Assembly: GCA_030390025.1 (NCBI GenBank)
Contig: CM059432.1
Span: 151,282,001-151,346,000 of the forward strand
DNA: 64,000 bases
From: Squalus acanthias
Taxonomy: Eukaryota
Direction of reading: 5' to 3'
The first letter of the stretch is position 1. Every line of letters starts with the position of its first letter. This document shows positions 23,291 through 34,171 of the stretch, piece by piece. The position numbers and the translations under genes are program-made. The notes beneath the pieces were generated by a model that saw nothing but the letters and a program-made list of their open reading frames with translations, was not told the DNA's origin and ran no database searches.

Positions 23291-24024
23291 AAGAGATGCT
23301 TTTGTTTGGCTTTTGGATATCTGACACTTTCCTTTCTGCACAATGAAGAAATGATAGCCGGTGCGGTATTTTAAAAAGTGACTGCACATGGTGGAACTCT
23401 TCAGAGATTTCCTGCTGTGTTTTGATATGAACATTATGGCACCAGCCATACGCTCAGGGACATCCTTCAGCTTGACCATCCCCACTCCCTCTATGCTTTC
23501 CCGTTCAACGATTTCCAAGGTAATCTCCTCAAAGAGATATTACTTGGTTCTTCCACCAGTTTACAGTCATTCAAGGTGAGTGAATTGCATCTTATCTTGC
23601 AAGTAGAAGAGTACTGACCATTGTAAGTACAGAGAGCACAGGGAATGGCAGTGAGCGGTGTGGGAAGGGAAGATATATGTGGCATATTGGACGTTTAAAG
23701 GCAGTTGGCATCGCTTTGCTAGGTTGGCTTACAATCCTGGATGACCAAAACTGGGCTTTGAATTCTTGCTGTGCACGCAGTTTTCCATGAATATATCATA
23801 GTAACCTGCTCATTGTCTTCAGCATATCAGATTGCTTTCAATAATTCTTCCTAGTCATGTCAATGATAACTTCCCCTGATCAGCATGTATTTCAGTGACA
23901 AGGAGCTATGGCAGGTGCATGCCATACACATTAATATCAATAACTTACCTTTATTGACTTCTTCAGGTTGGACAACTTGGAGACATCTTCCCAGGTCTGA
24001 CAGGTGTACTCACTCCACCACTTA

Positions 24025-24345
24025 GGTGTTCGCATTGGCTCAGTGGAACCACCCTCACCTCTGAGCCAGAAGGTTGTGGGTTCAAGTCCCACTCCATAAG
24101 ACTTGAGCACAAAATCTATGCTGCTACTACAGTGCAACACTGAGCGAGTGTTGGATGGTGCTGTCTTTCAGATGCGACATTAATCCAAGGCCCTGTCTGT
24201 CCTCTCAGTTGGACATAAAAGAATCTACAGCACTATTCAAAGAAGAACAGGGGACTGCTCACCCGCTATCCTGGCCAATATTTATCCCTCAACTAAAAAT
24301 ACTAAATCTGGTCATTATCTCATTGCTGTTTGTAGGACCTTGCTA
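24025..24345 (+). mobile_element. tRNA-derived Deu-domain SINE (SacSINE1-like), 3'-truncated
   Basis: A box tggctcagtgg, B box ggttcaagtcc, Deu-like core; homologous to the copies at 24644 and 29010. Confidence 0.8.
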
Positions 24346-24643
24346 AGGAATGCTGCATGAGTTCCCCATTAAGAAGACCTTTAGAAGGTCTTAACGAACA
24401 AAAATTGGCAATTGTGCTCAATTTTCACTATTGTTCATTAACCCATTTCTGGAGGGGTTTGAATTGTCAGATCGATCCTAAACATGGATCAATAATCAAT
24501 TAGCACTTTCATTTGATATTGCTTCAATTTTTACTTATTTCTAGATTTTTCGCAAAAATTACCAAACAAAGGAAAACATGGGCCTTTATTGCAGAGTTTT
24601 TGAGTGCATATGAGTGGGCTAGGACTGGATTAACATAAATCAA

Positions 24644-25110
24644 GGTGTCAGACGTGGCTCAGTGGGCAGCACTCTCACCTCTGAGTCAGAAGGTCGTGGG
24701 TTCAAGTCCCACTCCAGAGACTTGAGCACAAAAATCTAGGCTGACACTCCATTGCAGTACTGAGGGAGTGTTGGAGGTGCCATTTTTTGGCTGCGACATT
24801 AAACTGAGGCTTCGTCTACCCTCTCAGGTGGACGTAAAAGATCCCACGGCACTATTTCGAAGATTTGGGGAGTTCTCCCCGATGTCCTGGCCAATATTTA
24901 TCCCTCAACCAACAAAACTAAAACAGATCATCTGGTCATTATCTCATTCCTATTTGTGGGACCTTGCTGTGTGCAAATTGGCTGCTGTGTTTCCCTATAT
25001 TACAACAGTGACTACACTTTAAAAAAGAAGTACTTCATTGCCTGTGAAGCACTTTGGGATGCACTGAGGGTATAAAAGGCGTTGTATAGATGCGACTTCT
25101 TTCTTCTTTC
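24644..25110 (+). mobile_element. tRNA-derived Deu-domain SINE (SacSINE1-like)
   Basis: A/B boxes, Deu-like core (..aaactgaggc..ctctcaggtggacgtaaaagatccc), L2-like 3' tail. Confidence 0.85.
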
Positions 25111-26237
25111 TTTTTTTCTTTCACTTCCTGCCTTGCACTTGGGAGAGGTGAGTTCTATTCCATTATTGCACTTGTTCTACCTCCTGCACTCTATCACCAT
25201 TCCCAAACTGCTCCGATATTCCATGACTCCCCACACAGCTGCATTGTGTTGACATGAGTTATTTTGATGCCTAAGTGGTTATTAACAATTTTGGCACAAA
25301 ATGTATAGGATTATCACAGGTATGATTTCATTGGCTCTCCCGCTGTGTGATCGTAAGAACATAAGAAATAGGAGCAGGAGTCGGCCATTCGGCCCCTCGA
25401 GCCTGCTCCGCCATTCAATAAGATCATGGCTGATCTGATCTTGGCCTCAACACCACTTTCCCGCCCGCTCCCCATAACCCTTGACTCCCCAGTAGCTCAA
25501 AAATCTGTCTATCTCCGCCTTGAATATATTCAATGACTCCGCCTCCACAGCTCTCTGGGGTAGAGAATTCCAAAGATTCACGACCCTCTGAGAGAAGAAA
25601 TTCCTCCTCATCTCCGTTTTAAATGGGTGCCCCCTTATTCTGAAATTATGCCCCCCAGTTCGAGATTCCCCCACGAGGGGAAACATCCTCTCTGCATTTA
25701 TCCTGTCGAGCCCCCTCAGAATCTTATATGTTTCAATAAGATCACCTCTCATTCTTCTAAACTCCAATGAGTATAGGCCCAACCTGCTCAACCTTTCTTC
25801 ATAAGACAACCCCTTCATCTCAGGAATCAACCTCGTGAACCTTCTCTGAACTGCCTCCAATGCAAGTATATCCTTCCTTATATCAGGAGACCAAAACTGT
25901 ACGCAGTACTCCAGTTGTGGTCTCAACAACGTCCTGTACAGTTGTAGCAAGACTTCCCTACTTTTATACTCCATCCCCCTTGCAATGAAGGCCAGTATTC
26001 CATTTGCCTTCCTAATTACTTGCTGTACCTGCATGCTATCTTTTTGTGTTTCATGTACGAGGACCCCCCAGATCCCTCTGTACCGCAGCATTTTGTATTC
26101 TCTCACCATTTAAATAATATTTTGCTTTTCTATTATTCCTACCAAAGTGGATAACCTCACACTTTCCCACATTATACTCCATCTGCCAAATTTTTGCCCA
26201 CTCACTTAACCTGTTTATATCCCTTTGCAGACTCTTT

Positions 26238-27064
26238 GGGCTGGATTTTCTCAATGAGAAGCTTTTAGAGGCGGGACTGCTGCTTGCTGGCTTTCAATCC
26301 CGCCTCCATCAGCTTCTGGCCAACCAGCGGGATTTTCCCCTGATTGACCTTGTTAAGCCCACCCGGCGGGCTCAGCAGGCCAATTAGGGGGAAGTCAGTG
26401 ACAGAGCACATCAACGTATGACGTGTCATCTGTCAAGAACTTTTGAAAGAAGAAATGTCATCGTTTGACAGCTCTGTGAAGCTGTCAAACACTGACATTC
26501 TGTGTAGTTTGATGAGCCCTTGTGTTCAGGACTCATCAAAACTTTCAACTTTGCAGAAATCACCTGGCTGTTGGTTCGGAGGATGTGTGATATCTATAGT
26601 GGAGATGTCGGGGACTCCGGCTCCACAGCGGCTGAAGGCTGTAGGCAGAAACAAAGGTAAGTGAACATTTTCTAACACTTTACACTCACCTTACATACTT
26701 AACACTCCACACTTGCACCCATCACTCACCTCTACATCGCACTTTCAGACCCCTCCGACCGCCGCAGACCTCCTTCTCGTCTCCTACACCCTGGCGGGGT
26801 TCTCCGAGGTCGGGAAGCCTGCACCTCGGAAGGAAAAATGGGGATAATCCTATTTTCTGCCTGTTAACTACCTGGCAGTTAATAGGCTTTAATCCCTTTC
26901 CCACCTGGAGGAGACGGGGCCAGGGGCAGGACGGCTTCCCGCCTCCTGGCAAGAGGGCACGGAGGTGGGCTGGGGGTGGGTTTGCCACCTGCCCCCAAAT
27001 TCTGCAGCTTTACCGGCAGTCCCACCTCCATACCCGCCTCCTCGGGGCTGACAGAATCCAGCCC
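26238..27064. mobile_element. Non-autonomous Harbinger element (827 bp)
   Basis: 10-bp TIR GGGCTGGATT/AATCCAGCCC; TSD TTT (26235-37, 27065-67); removing it restores the CR1 sequence. Confidence 0.88.
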
Positions 27065-27603
27065 TTTGAGTCCTCCTCACAACTTGCTAACCCACCTATC
27101 TTTGTATCATCAGTAAATTTGGCTACAGTACACTCGGTCCCTTCATCCAAGTCATTAATATAGATTGTAAATAGTTGAGGCCCCAGCACTGATCCCTGTG
27201 GCACCCCACCAGTTACAGTTTGCCAACCGGAAAATTACCCATTTATCCCGACTCTCTGTTTTCTGTTAGTTAGCCAATCCTGTATCCATGCTAATATATT
27301 ACCCCCAACACCATGAGCTCTTATCTTGTGCAGTAACCTTTTATGTGGCACTTTATCGAATGCCTTCTGGAAATCCAAACACACAACATCTACTGGTTCC
27401 CCTTGATCCACCCTGCTCGTTACAACCTCAAAGAACTCTAGGAAATTTGTCAAACACGATTTCCCATTCATAAAACCATGCTGACTCTGCTTGACTGGAG
27501 TATGATTTTCTAAATGTCCTGCTACTGCTTCCTTAATAATGGATTCCAGCATTTTCCCAATGACCGATGTTAGGCTAACTGGCCTATCGTTTCCTGCTTT
27601 CTA

Positions 27604-27920
27604 GGGGCAACACGGTGGCATAGTGGTTAGCACTGTTGCCTCACAGCGCCAGGGACCCGGGTTCGAATCCGGCCACGGGTGACTGTCTGTGTGGAGTTTG
27701 CACATTCTCCCCATGTCTGCATGGGTTTCCTCCGGGTGCTCCGGTTTCCTCCCACAGTCCAAAGATGTGCAGGTTAGGTTGATTTGGCTATGATAAATTG
27801 ACCCTTAGTGTTAGGGGGGATTAAATACGTGGGGTTACAGGGATAGGGTGGGATATGTGTCGGTGCAGGCTCGATGGGCTGAAATGGCCTCTATCTGCAC
27901 TGTGGGGATTCTGTGATTCT
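27604..27920 (+). mobile_element. HE1-type V-SINE
   Basis: tRNA head (tggcatagtgg, ggttcgaatcc); V-domain tgtgtggagtttgcacattctcccc..gggtttcctccgggtgctccggtttcctcccaca; CR1-like tail. Confidence 0.92.
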
Positions 27921-29009
27921 GTCTCCCTCCTTTCTTAAATAGGGGCATTACATTTGCGGTTTTCCAGTCCACTGGGACCTCTCCAGAATCCAGGGAATTT
28001 TGCTAGATTACAACCAATGCATCCACTATCTCTGCAGTCACCTCTTTTAAGACCCTAGGATGCAGGCCATCGGGTCCAGGGGACTTGTCCACCTTTAGTC
28101 CCATTAGTTTGCCTAGTACTTTCTCTCTAGTGATAGTGATTGTTTTAAGTTCCTCCCTCCCTTTTGCCCCTTGATTATCTATTATTATTGGGATGGTTTT
28201 AGTGTCTTCTACCATGAAGACAGATACAAAATATTTGTTCAAAGTCTCTGCCATTTCCCTGTTTCCCATTATTAATTCCCCAATCCCATCCTCTAAGGGA
28301 CCAACGTTTACTTTAGCTAAACTCTTCCTTTTTATATACCTGTAGAAGCTCTTACTGTCTTTTTTTATATTCCTTGCTAGTTTACTCTGATAATCTATCT
28401 TCTCCCTCTTTATTTTTTTTTAGTCATCCTTTGCTGGTTTCTATAAATGCCAATTTGCTCGTGACTCTGGTAGTAATCCAGAGATTATTACCTTTGTGGT
28501 TCTGCTTTTTAATTTAGCCCCTAGCTGCTCGGACACACACAACCTGGCAGCAAGTAAGTGAAGGAAAATTACACAGTTAGTTAAGCATAACTAACTTTAT
28601 TACTGCAAAAGAAATACTTTCTATGTTGTCTATTTTTCATTAAACTTTACAGAGTAAAATATGGCCCCAAGAAAGTTTAGTTCAGATTCTAAGAGTAATA
28701 ATGAAAGAATATTCTGGAGGGAATTTTATTAAGATTCTCTAGATTAACATATGTGATGCTCTCTCTCTCCGTGCGGCACCTCACCTCACACCTGCCGGTG
28801 ATAATGAGATGCAGCTCCAAATGAGCTGAGGAAATGCAAATTACGCAGCAAGGCAGAGTGGTGGATGTGACATTGCTCTGGTTCTGTTACTTGTCAGACT
28901 ACTAACTAATTGCTGCCAAAAGTGAGCAGATGGCAAACTCCCACCCTAAACTAGTAGGATTGAGAAAAATCACTGTTGCAAGCATTTGACATGAAAGGAG
29001 GCTTATTAA

Positions 29010-29465
29010 AGAAAAAAAGACTTGCATTTCTATAGCGCCTTTCACGACCTCAGGACATCCCAATGCACTTTGCAGCCAATGAAGTACTTTTGAAGTGGAG
29101 TCACTGTTGTAATGTAGGAAACGTAGCAGCCAAGTTGCGCACAGCAAGCTCCCACAAACAGCAATGTGATAATGACCAGATAATCTGTTTTTGTTATGTT
29201 GATTGAGGGATAAATATTGGCCAGGATACCGGGGATAACTCCCCTGCTCTTCTTCAAAACAGTGCCATGGAATCTTTTACATTCACCTGAGAGAGCAGAC
29301 GGGGCCTCGGTTTAACATCTCATCCGAAAGACGGCACCTCTGACAGTGCAGCACTCCCTCAGTACTGCACTGGAGTGTCAGCTTAGATTTTTGTGCTCAA
29401 GTCTCTGGAGTGGGACTTGAACCCACAACCTTCTGACTCAGAGGCAAGAGTGCCACCAACTGACA
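29010..29465 (-). mobile_element. tRNA-derived Deu-domain SINE (SacSINE1-like)
   Basis: Reverse-complement homologue of 24644-25110. Confidence 0.88.
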
Positions 29466-29469
29466 AACA

Positions 29470-30828
29470 ACATCAAGAAGATGGAACCCCATGGTACTAA
29501 GGGGAACGTGGTGTATGGATACCAAATTGGTTCAGTGGCAGGAAGCAGAGGGTGGTGGCGGATGGATGTTTTTCAGACTGGGAGGTGGTTTCCAGTGGTG
29601 ATTCCCAAGGGTCAGTTTTGGGTCCATTACTCTTTTCAATTTTTATCAACGACCTAGACTCGGGTGTCGGGAGCAGCATTATAAAGTTTACAGATGATAC
29701 GAAACTTGGCAAAGTAGTAAATCATGATGAGGATAGTTTTAGGCTTCAGGATGACTTAGACAAGGTGGTGAAATGGGCAGAAGCAGGGCAAATGGAGTTC
29801 AACACGGAGAAGTGTGAAATGATGCACTTTGGGAGGACTAATATGGAAAGATAGTATACTATAAATGGCACGATTTTTAAAAGTGTAGATGAGCAGAGAG
29901 ACCTTGGTGTTTCTTAGACACACATCCTTAAAGGTGGCAGGGCAAGTTGATAAGGTGGTTTAAAAACGCAAATGGTTACTTGGGTTTATAAATGGAGGAA
30001 TAGAATATAAAAGCAAGAGATCATGCTAGAACTTTATAAATCACTGGTTCGGCCTCAACTGGAGTATTGTGGACAGTTCTGGGGACCACACTTCAGGAAA
30101 GATGTAAAGGCATTTGAAAGGGTACAGAGGAGGTTTAGAAACATAGAAACTAGGAGCAGGAGTAGGCCATTCGGCCCGTCGAGCCTGCTCCACCATTCAA
30201 TACGATCATGGCTGATCATCCAAATCCAGTACCCTGTCCCTGCTTTATTACACAGAATCCCCATCGAGCCTGCACCGACACATATCCCACCCTATCCCCG
30301 TAACCCCACGTATTTAATTCCCCCTAACATATCCCTTCCTATCCTATCCTATCCTATCCCCGTAACGCCACATATTTAATCCCCCCCTAACACTAAGGGT
30401 CAATTTATCATAGCCAAATCAACCTAACCCGCACATTTTTGGACTGTGGGAGGAAACCGGAGCACCCGGAGGAAACCCACGCAGACACGGGGAGAATGTG
30501 CAAACTCCACACAGACAGTCACCCGAGGCCAGATTCGAACCCGGGTCCCTGGCGCTGTGAGGCACCAGTGCTAACCACTATGTTTACCAGAGTGTTACCA
30601 GGGATGAGGGACTTCAGATATGAGGAGAAGTTGGAAAAGGTTAGGACTGTTCTCCTTGGAACAGAGAAGGTTAAGAGGTAACCTAATAGAGGTTCTCAAG
30701 ATGATGAGAGGTTTTGATAGAGTAAATAGGGAAAAATTATTCCCTCTGGCGAGTGGGTCAGTAACTCGAGGTCATAGATTCAAAATCATTGGCTAAAGAT
30801 CTAGAGGGGAGATGAGGAGAATTTTTTG
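29470..30828 (+). mobile_element. CR1 RT fragment containing a nested antisense CR1 tail (~30136-30245) and an HE1 SINE
   Basis: [23 protein letters not shown]; resumes at ~30583 (tttaccagagtgttaccaggg). Confidence 0.85.
30248..30582 (-). mobile_element. HE1-type V-SINE
   Basis: Reverse-complement homologue of 27604-27920 with an internal duplication. Confidence 0.88.
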
Positions 30829-30829
30829 A

Positions 30830-31330
30830 ATACAAGACCCCATTAAACTTCTTTCTTTAACAGAATTGAGATGGTTGTTGCATCTGAGAATGCAACGGCC
30901 GCCTGTCAATCCCAACGCGGATATCCGAGAGTCTCCGCATACAAACCGACTGAAACCTGCAGGAAGAAACAAAGGTAAGTACACTATTAAAAACACTTTG
31001 CACTTACCTCAGATACACCTCTACACTCTTGCACCCATCACTTACCTTCACACCACACGTTTGCACCCACCCCCCCCACCCCCGACTCCCACAGACCCAC
31101 TACTCACCTCGGTGACCCTGGCGGGGTTCGGAGTCTTCGGGAAGTTAATAGGCTTTAATCCCTTCCCGCCTCCAAGGAGACGGGACCTGGCGCGGGACGG
31201 CTACCCCCCTTCCCTGAAGATGGCATGGAGGCGGGTTGGGGGCAGGTTGGGCACCCACCCCCAAATTCTGCCATTTTCCCGGCAGTTCTGCCTCTATACC
31301 CACCTCCCCAGGGCTGGCAAAATCGCCCCC
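30830..31330. mobile_element. Partial non-autonomous Harbinger (family of 26238-27064 / 44501-45304)
   Basis: Shared internal sequence (gaaacaaaggtaagt..ccaaattctgcc..) and terminal ggcaaaatcgccccc. Confidence 0.75.
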
Positions 31331-31341
31331 TAAGATTCTAT

Positions 31342-33501
31342 GGCTCAGAAATTCCCTACCTTATCGCCACAAGTTAGCGCCGCAATCCTGACGAAAAATG
31401 GCAGCTGCCACTCTAACGCCCTTCTCTGGTGCGGGACATGGCGGCCGCCATTTTGGTGAGGGCCTTAGTGCTGCCGATAGCAGTGCTGGCCCTGGAGATG
31501 CAAATATGGAGAGCGTGACGTCAGTGCAACGCTGACTTAACGTCACGCTGTTCAAACTTGGACATTAGCGTTGAGTTTAGTGCTGGTTCCTAAGCTTGCT
31601 CGCATGAAAAGAGAGCGAGCAGCAGACAGACAGAGACGCTGTCAACACTTCTTAAAGGGACACACGCATCTTTCAGGTAAGTTTGCATTTAAGCTTTTGG
31701 ACTGGATTTTTTTTAATTTTATTGAAGTAGTGGCTTGTTAAAAGTTTTTTTAAGTGTGCAGAGAGTGCTGCTGGATGCTTGTAAGGTCTCGGATGGTAAA
31801 GGAAGGCCTCTGAGAAGACCAAAAATGCTGGAAATACTCAGCAGGTCAGGCAGCATCTGTGGAGAGAGAAACAGAGTTAACGTCTCAGGTCGAAATGCTG
31901 GCTGACCTGCTGAGTATTTCCAGCATTTTCTGCTTTTATTTCAAATTTACAACATCCGCCCACAGAGGGAAGAAAAAGACGCAGAAGAGGAGGAAGCGGA
32001 AGGAAGGATGCAACCCAGACAGCCCCTTTCTGGCCGGGATATCCGGGATGGAATCATCCGCCTGCAGTACCAGTGACCACAATCCCAATTCCCCTTTAAC
32101 ATTTGTCCCACACCTTCCCTTCCCTCTGTTACTGACCATCACAGCATCCTCTTGGCCACAATGCTGAAATAAAAGACACCACAAAACAAACTTTACAATC
32201 CAACTATATCCATATATGCATCCAAAATGACATTAAAAAATCAACTCATCGCCCTTATGCATTCCCTTAGTGACTGTCTTGTGTGTGCCTTTGCGAATCC
32301 TACTGATGTCACGCAGTGCTACCACAGTGGCTGCAGCATAGCTGATGGAAGGCTGCTGACTTTCAGTGGGGTACATTGCAAATGGCCTTGCTGGTCAACC
32401 TTGAGGAGCTGGTGGCTGGGAGTATGAAATGGATGACAGTGTTTCTTTTTCACTCTTCATTCCCTCTTCTTGGTCAACCACTGACTGGGCAGGCTGGATT
32501 TCTTGGGTGTGTGAAATGAGGATGGGACAAGGGTGGAGTTGTGGTGAGGGGAGGGCGGGAAAGCAAGAGGTGCATGAGAGAAGGAAGATAACACATGAGG
32601 ATACCAACATCATGTATCCTTTCAGTCCCGCTGCAGACCAAGGGCTCAGCCATGCCCCTGCCAAGAATGGCCAACACCGTCTCCTCCAAGAGGGTGAGGT
32701 GAAGCTCGGAATGAGAGGTGTGTCTTGTGATTGGTGCAGATTGTTGGTAGGTGAGTGATGGTGGGTGGGGGTCGTGCACTGAGCAGTGTGTGAGGCTAGT
32801 CGTGAGTTGGTAGGTGTCGGCTTTTGAAGATGCATTCACTGACCTTGACCACTGGTCTGAGGTCATGAAGCTTCTTTGGGCACTGGAGCCAGGGGGGGCG
32901 GGGGCGACACTGCTGGCAGTGACGGCCTCGGTGATCTGGTCCCACATCATTCTGTCTGGAGGGCCTCCTTGCCCCCTGTGGGTAAAGGACCTCTCTCTCA
33001 GTGTTGACCCCCTGCACAAAGCTGGAGTGCTGCGTGCGAGACCCTGGGTGCCCCTTCCCTGGCTTGCTGAGCCACTTGTGTCAGTGCTGAAGCACTTTTC
33101 CCATACTTTTAGGTGCGGAGGGCAATGCAGCTTTAAGAGCTGAAGACTGCCATTTGGGAATTATTATTAACTTTTATTTATCAGAAGGCAGTTGAGCTGT
33201 AAGCGCTACAAACTTCCTATTTTTACATGATTTTTATTTTTTTAATTTCAGAAGGCCTTTTAGGGACCGAACTGCTTTCTGAAATGACAGCCTTGCTTTA
33301 AGAGAAAGCTGTTCTTGTTGCAGTGACGCTACGGCCACACATTGGGGCCTCCTGCCGGGACTAACGCTCCCAGAACGGCCTTGCACAGTAAGTTTAGCGC
33401 TGGGCTCATGTTAATTAGCCACCAATGCTAATTTACTGGTCCTGCCAGCACCATCATTTTCCGGTACCGGCAGGTTTTTAGCGATGTCGAATTTCTAGCC
33501 T
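31342..33501 (-). mobile_element. Non-autonomous Harbinger derivative with a decayed Myb exon (~32820-33030, minus strand)
   Basis: Imperfect TIR ggctcagaaattc / gaatttctagcct; TSD-like TAT/TGT; MWDQITEAV..LQCPKKLHDLRPVVKV followed by a gtcagt donor-like site. Confidence 0.7.
31821..31948. repeat. Fold-back Penelope terminal-repeat fragment (28-bp perfect inverted repeat)
   Basis: aaaatgctggaaatactcagcaggtcag (31822-31849) / ctgacctgctgagtatttccagcatttt (31902-31929). Confidence 0.8.
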
Positions 33502-33599
33502 TGTGATTCTACGAAAAGGCTGGAAGGAGAAAATTATTCTGAAAAATCCTGATTTATTTACAGCTATCTTGAATGGACTTGGGGTAAAAATCAATAATA

Positions 33600-34030
33600 A
33601 CATGCATTTATAAAACACTTATAAAACATTTATAAAACACTTCTAAAACATTTATAAAACATCCAAAGGCACTTAACTGAGGCATATTTCTATTTTTTAA
33701 ATGAACGCTGAACCAAAGTAGAATATATTAGGAGGGGTGACCAAAAGCCTGGTGAAAGAGGTGGGTGTTAAGGAGGAGAAAAGCGAAGTGGAGAGATGGA
33801 GGGGTTTCGGGAGAGACTAGACCAGGGCTGAAAGCAGGACCACCAATGGTGGGCAGGTGGGAGGAGGGATGCACACGAGGCCAGTCAGGGGAACGGAGAG
33901 TTCGGAGGGTGTTGTAGGGCTGGAGGAGGTCATTGAGATAGGGAGAGGTGAGGCTATGAAGGGATTTAAACACAAGAATGAGCATTTTGAATTGGAGGCA
34001 TTGGCCGACCTGTAGCCAAAGTAGATCAGC
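33600..34030 (-). mobile_element. L2-like LINE 3' fragment with a short (TTTATAAAACA)-type tandem at 33605-33662
   Basis: FKMLILVFKSLHSLTSPYLNDLLQPY..RTLRS is typical of the L2 ORF2 C-terminus. Confidence 0.7.
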
Positions 34031-34171
34031 GACACCGAGGCGATGGATGTTGGGCTGTTCTTGAGACTCTTGTCTCATTGGTGGATAAATACTAAATCAG
34101 AAAACCAAGATCTGGCACTATCAGTAACTCGAGATATTTGCACATTGATGGGAACATGTATTTAAACTTTT

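Larger units (their letters stand above)
25353..28440 (-). mobile_element. CR1 ORF2 remnant interrupted by a Harbinger MITE and an HE1 SINE
   Basis: Collinear RT fragments; (TTCTTATG) tail at the left end. Confidence 0.93.

Noticed and set aside
27604..27680. tRNA genes (also at 24035, 24655, 29420, 30530)
   Set aside because: These are tRNA-derived SINE heads continuous with V- or Deu-domain bodies.
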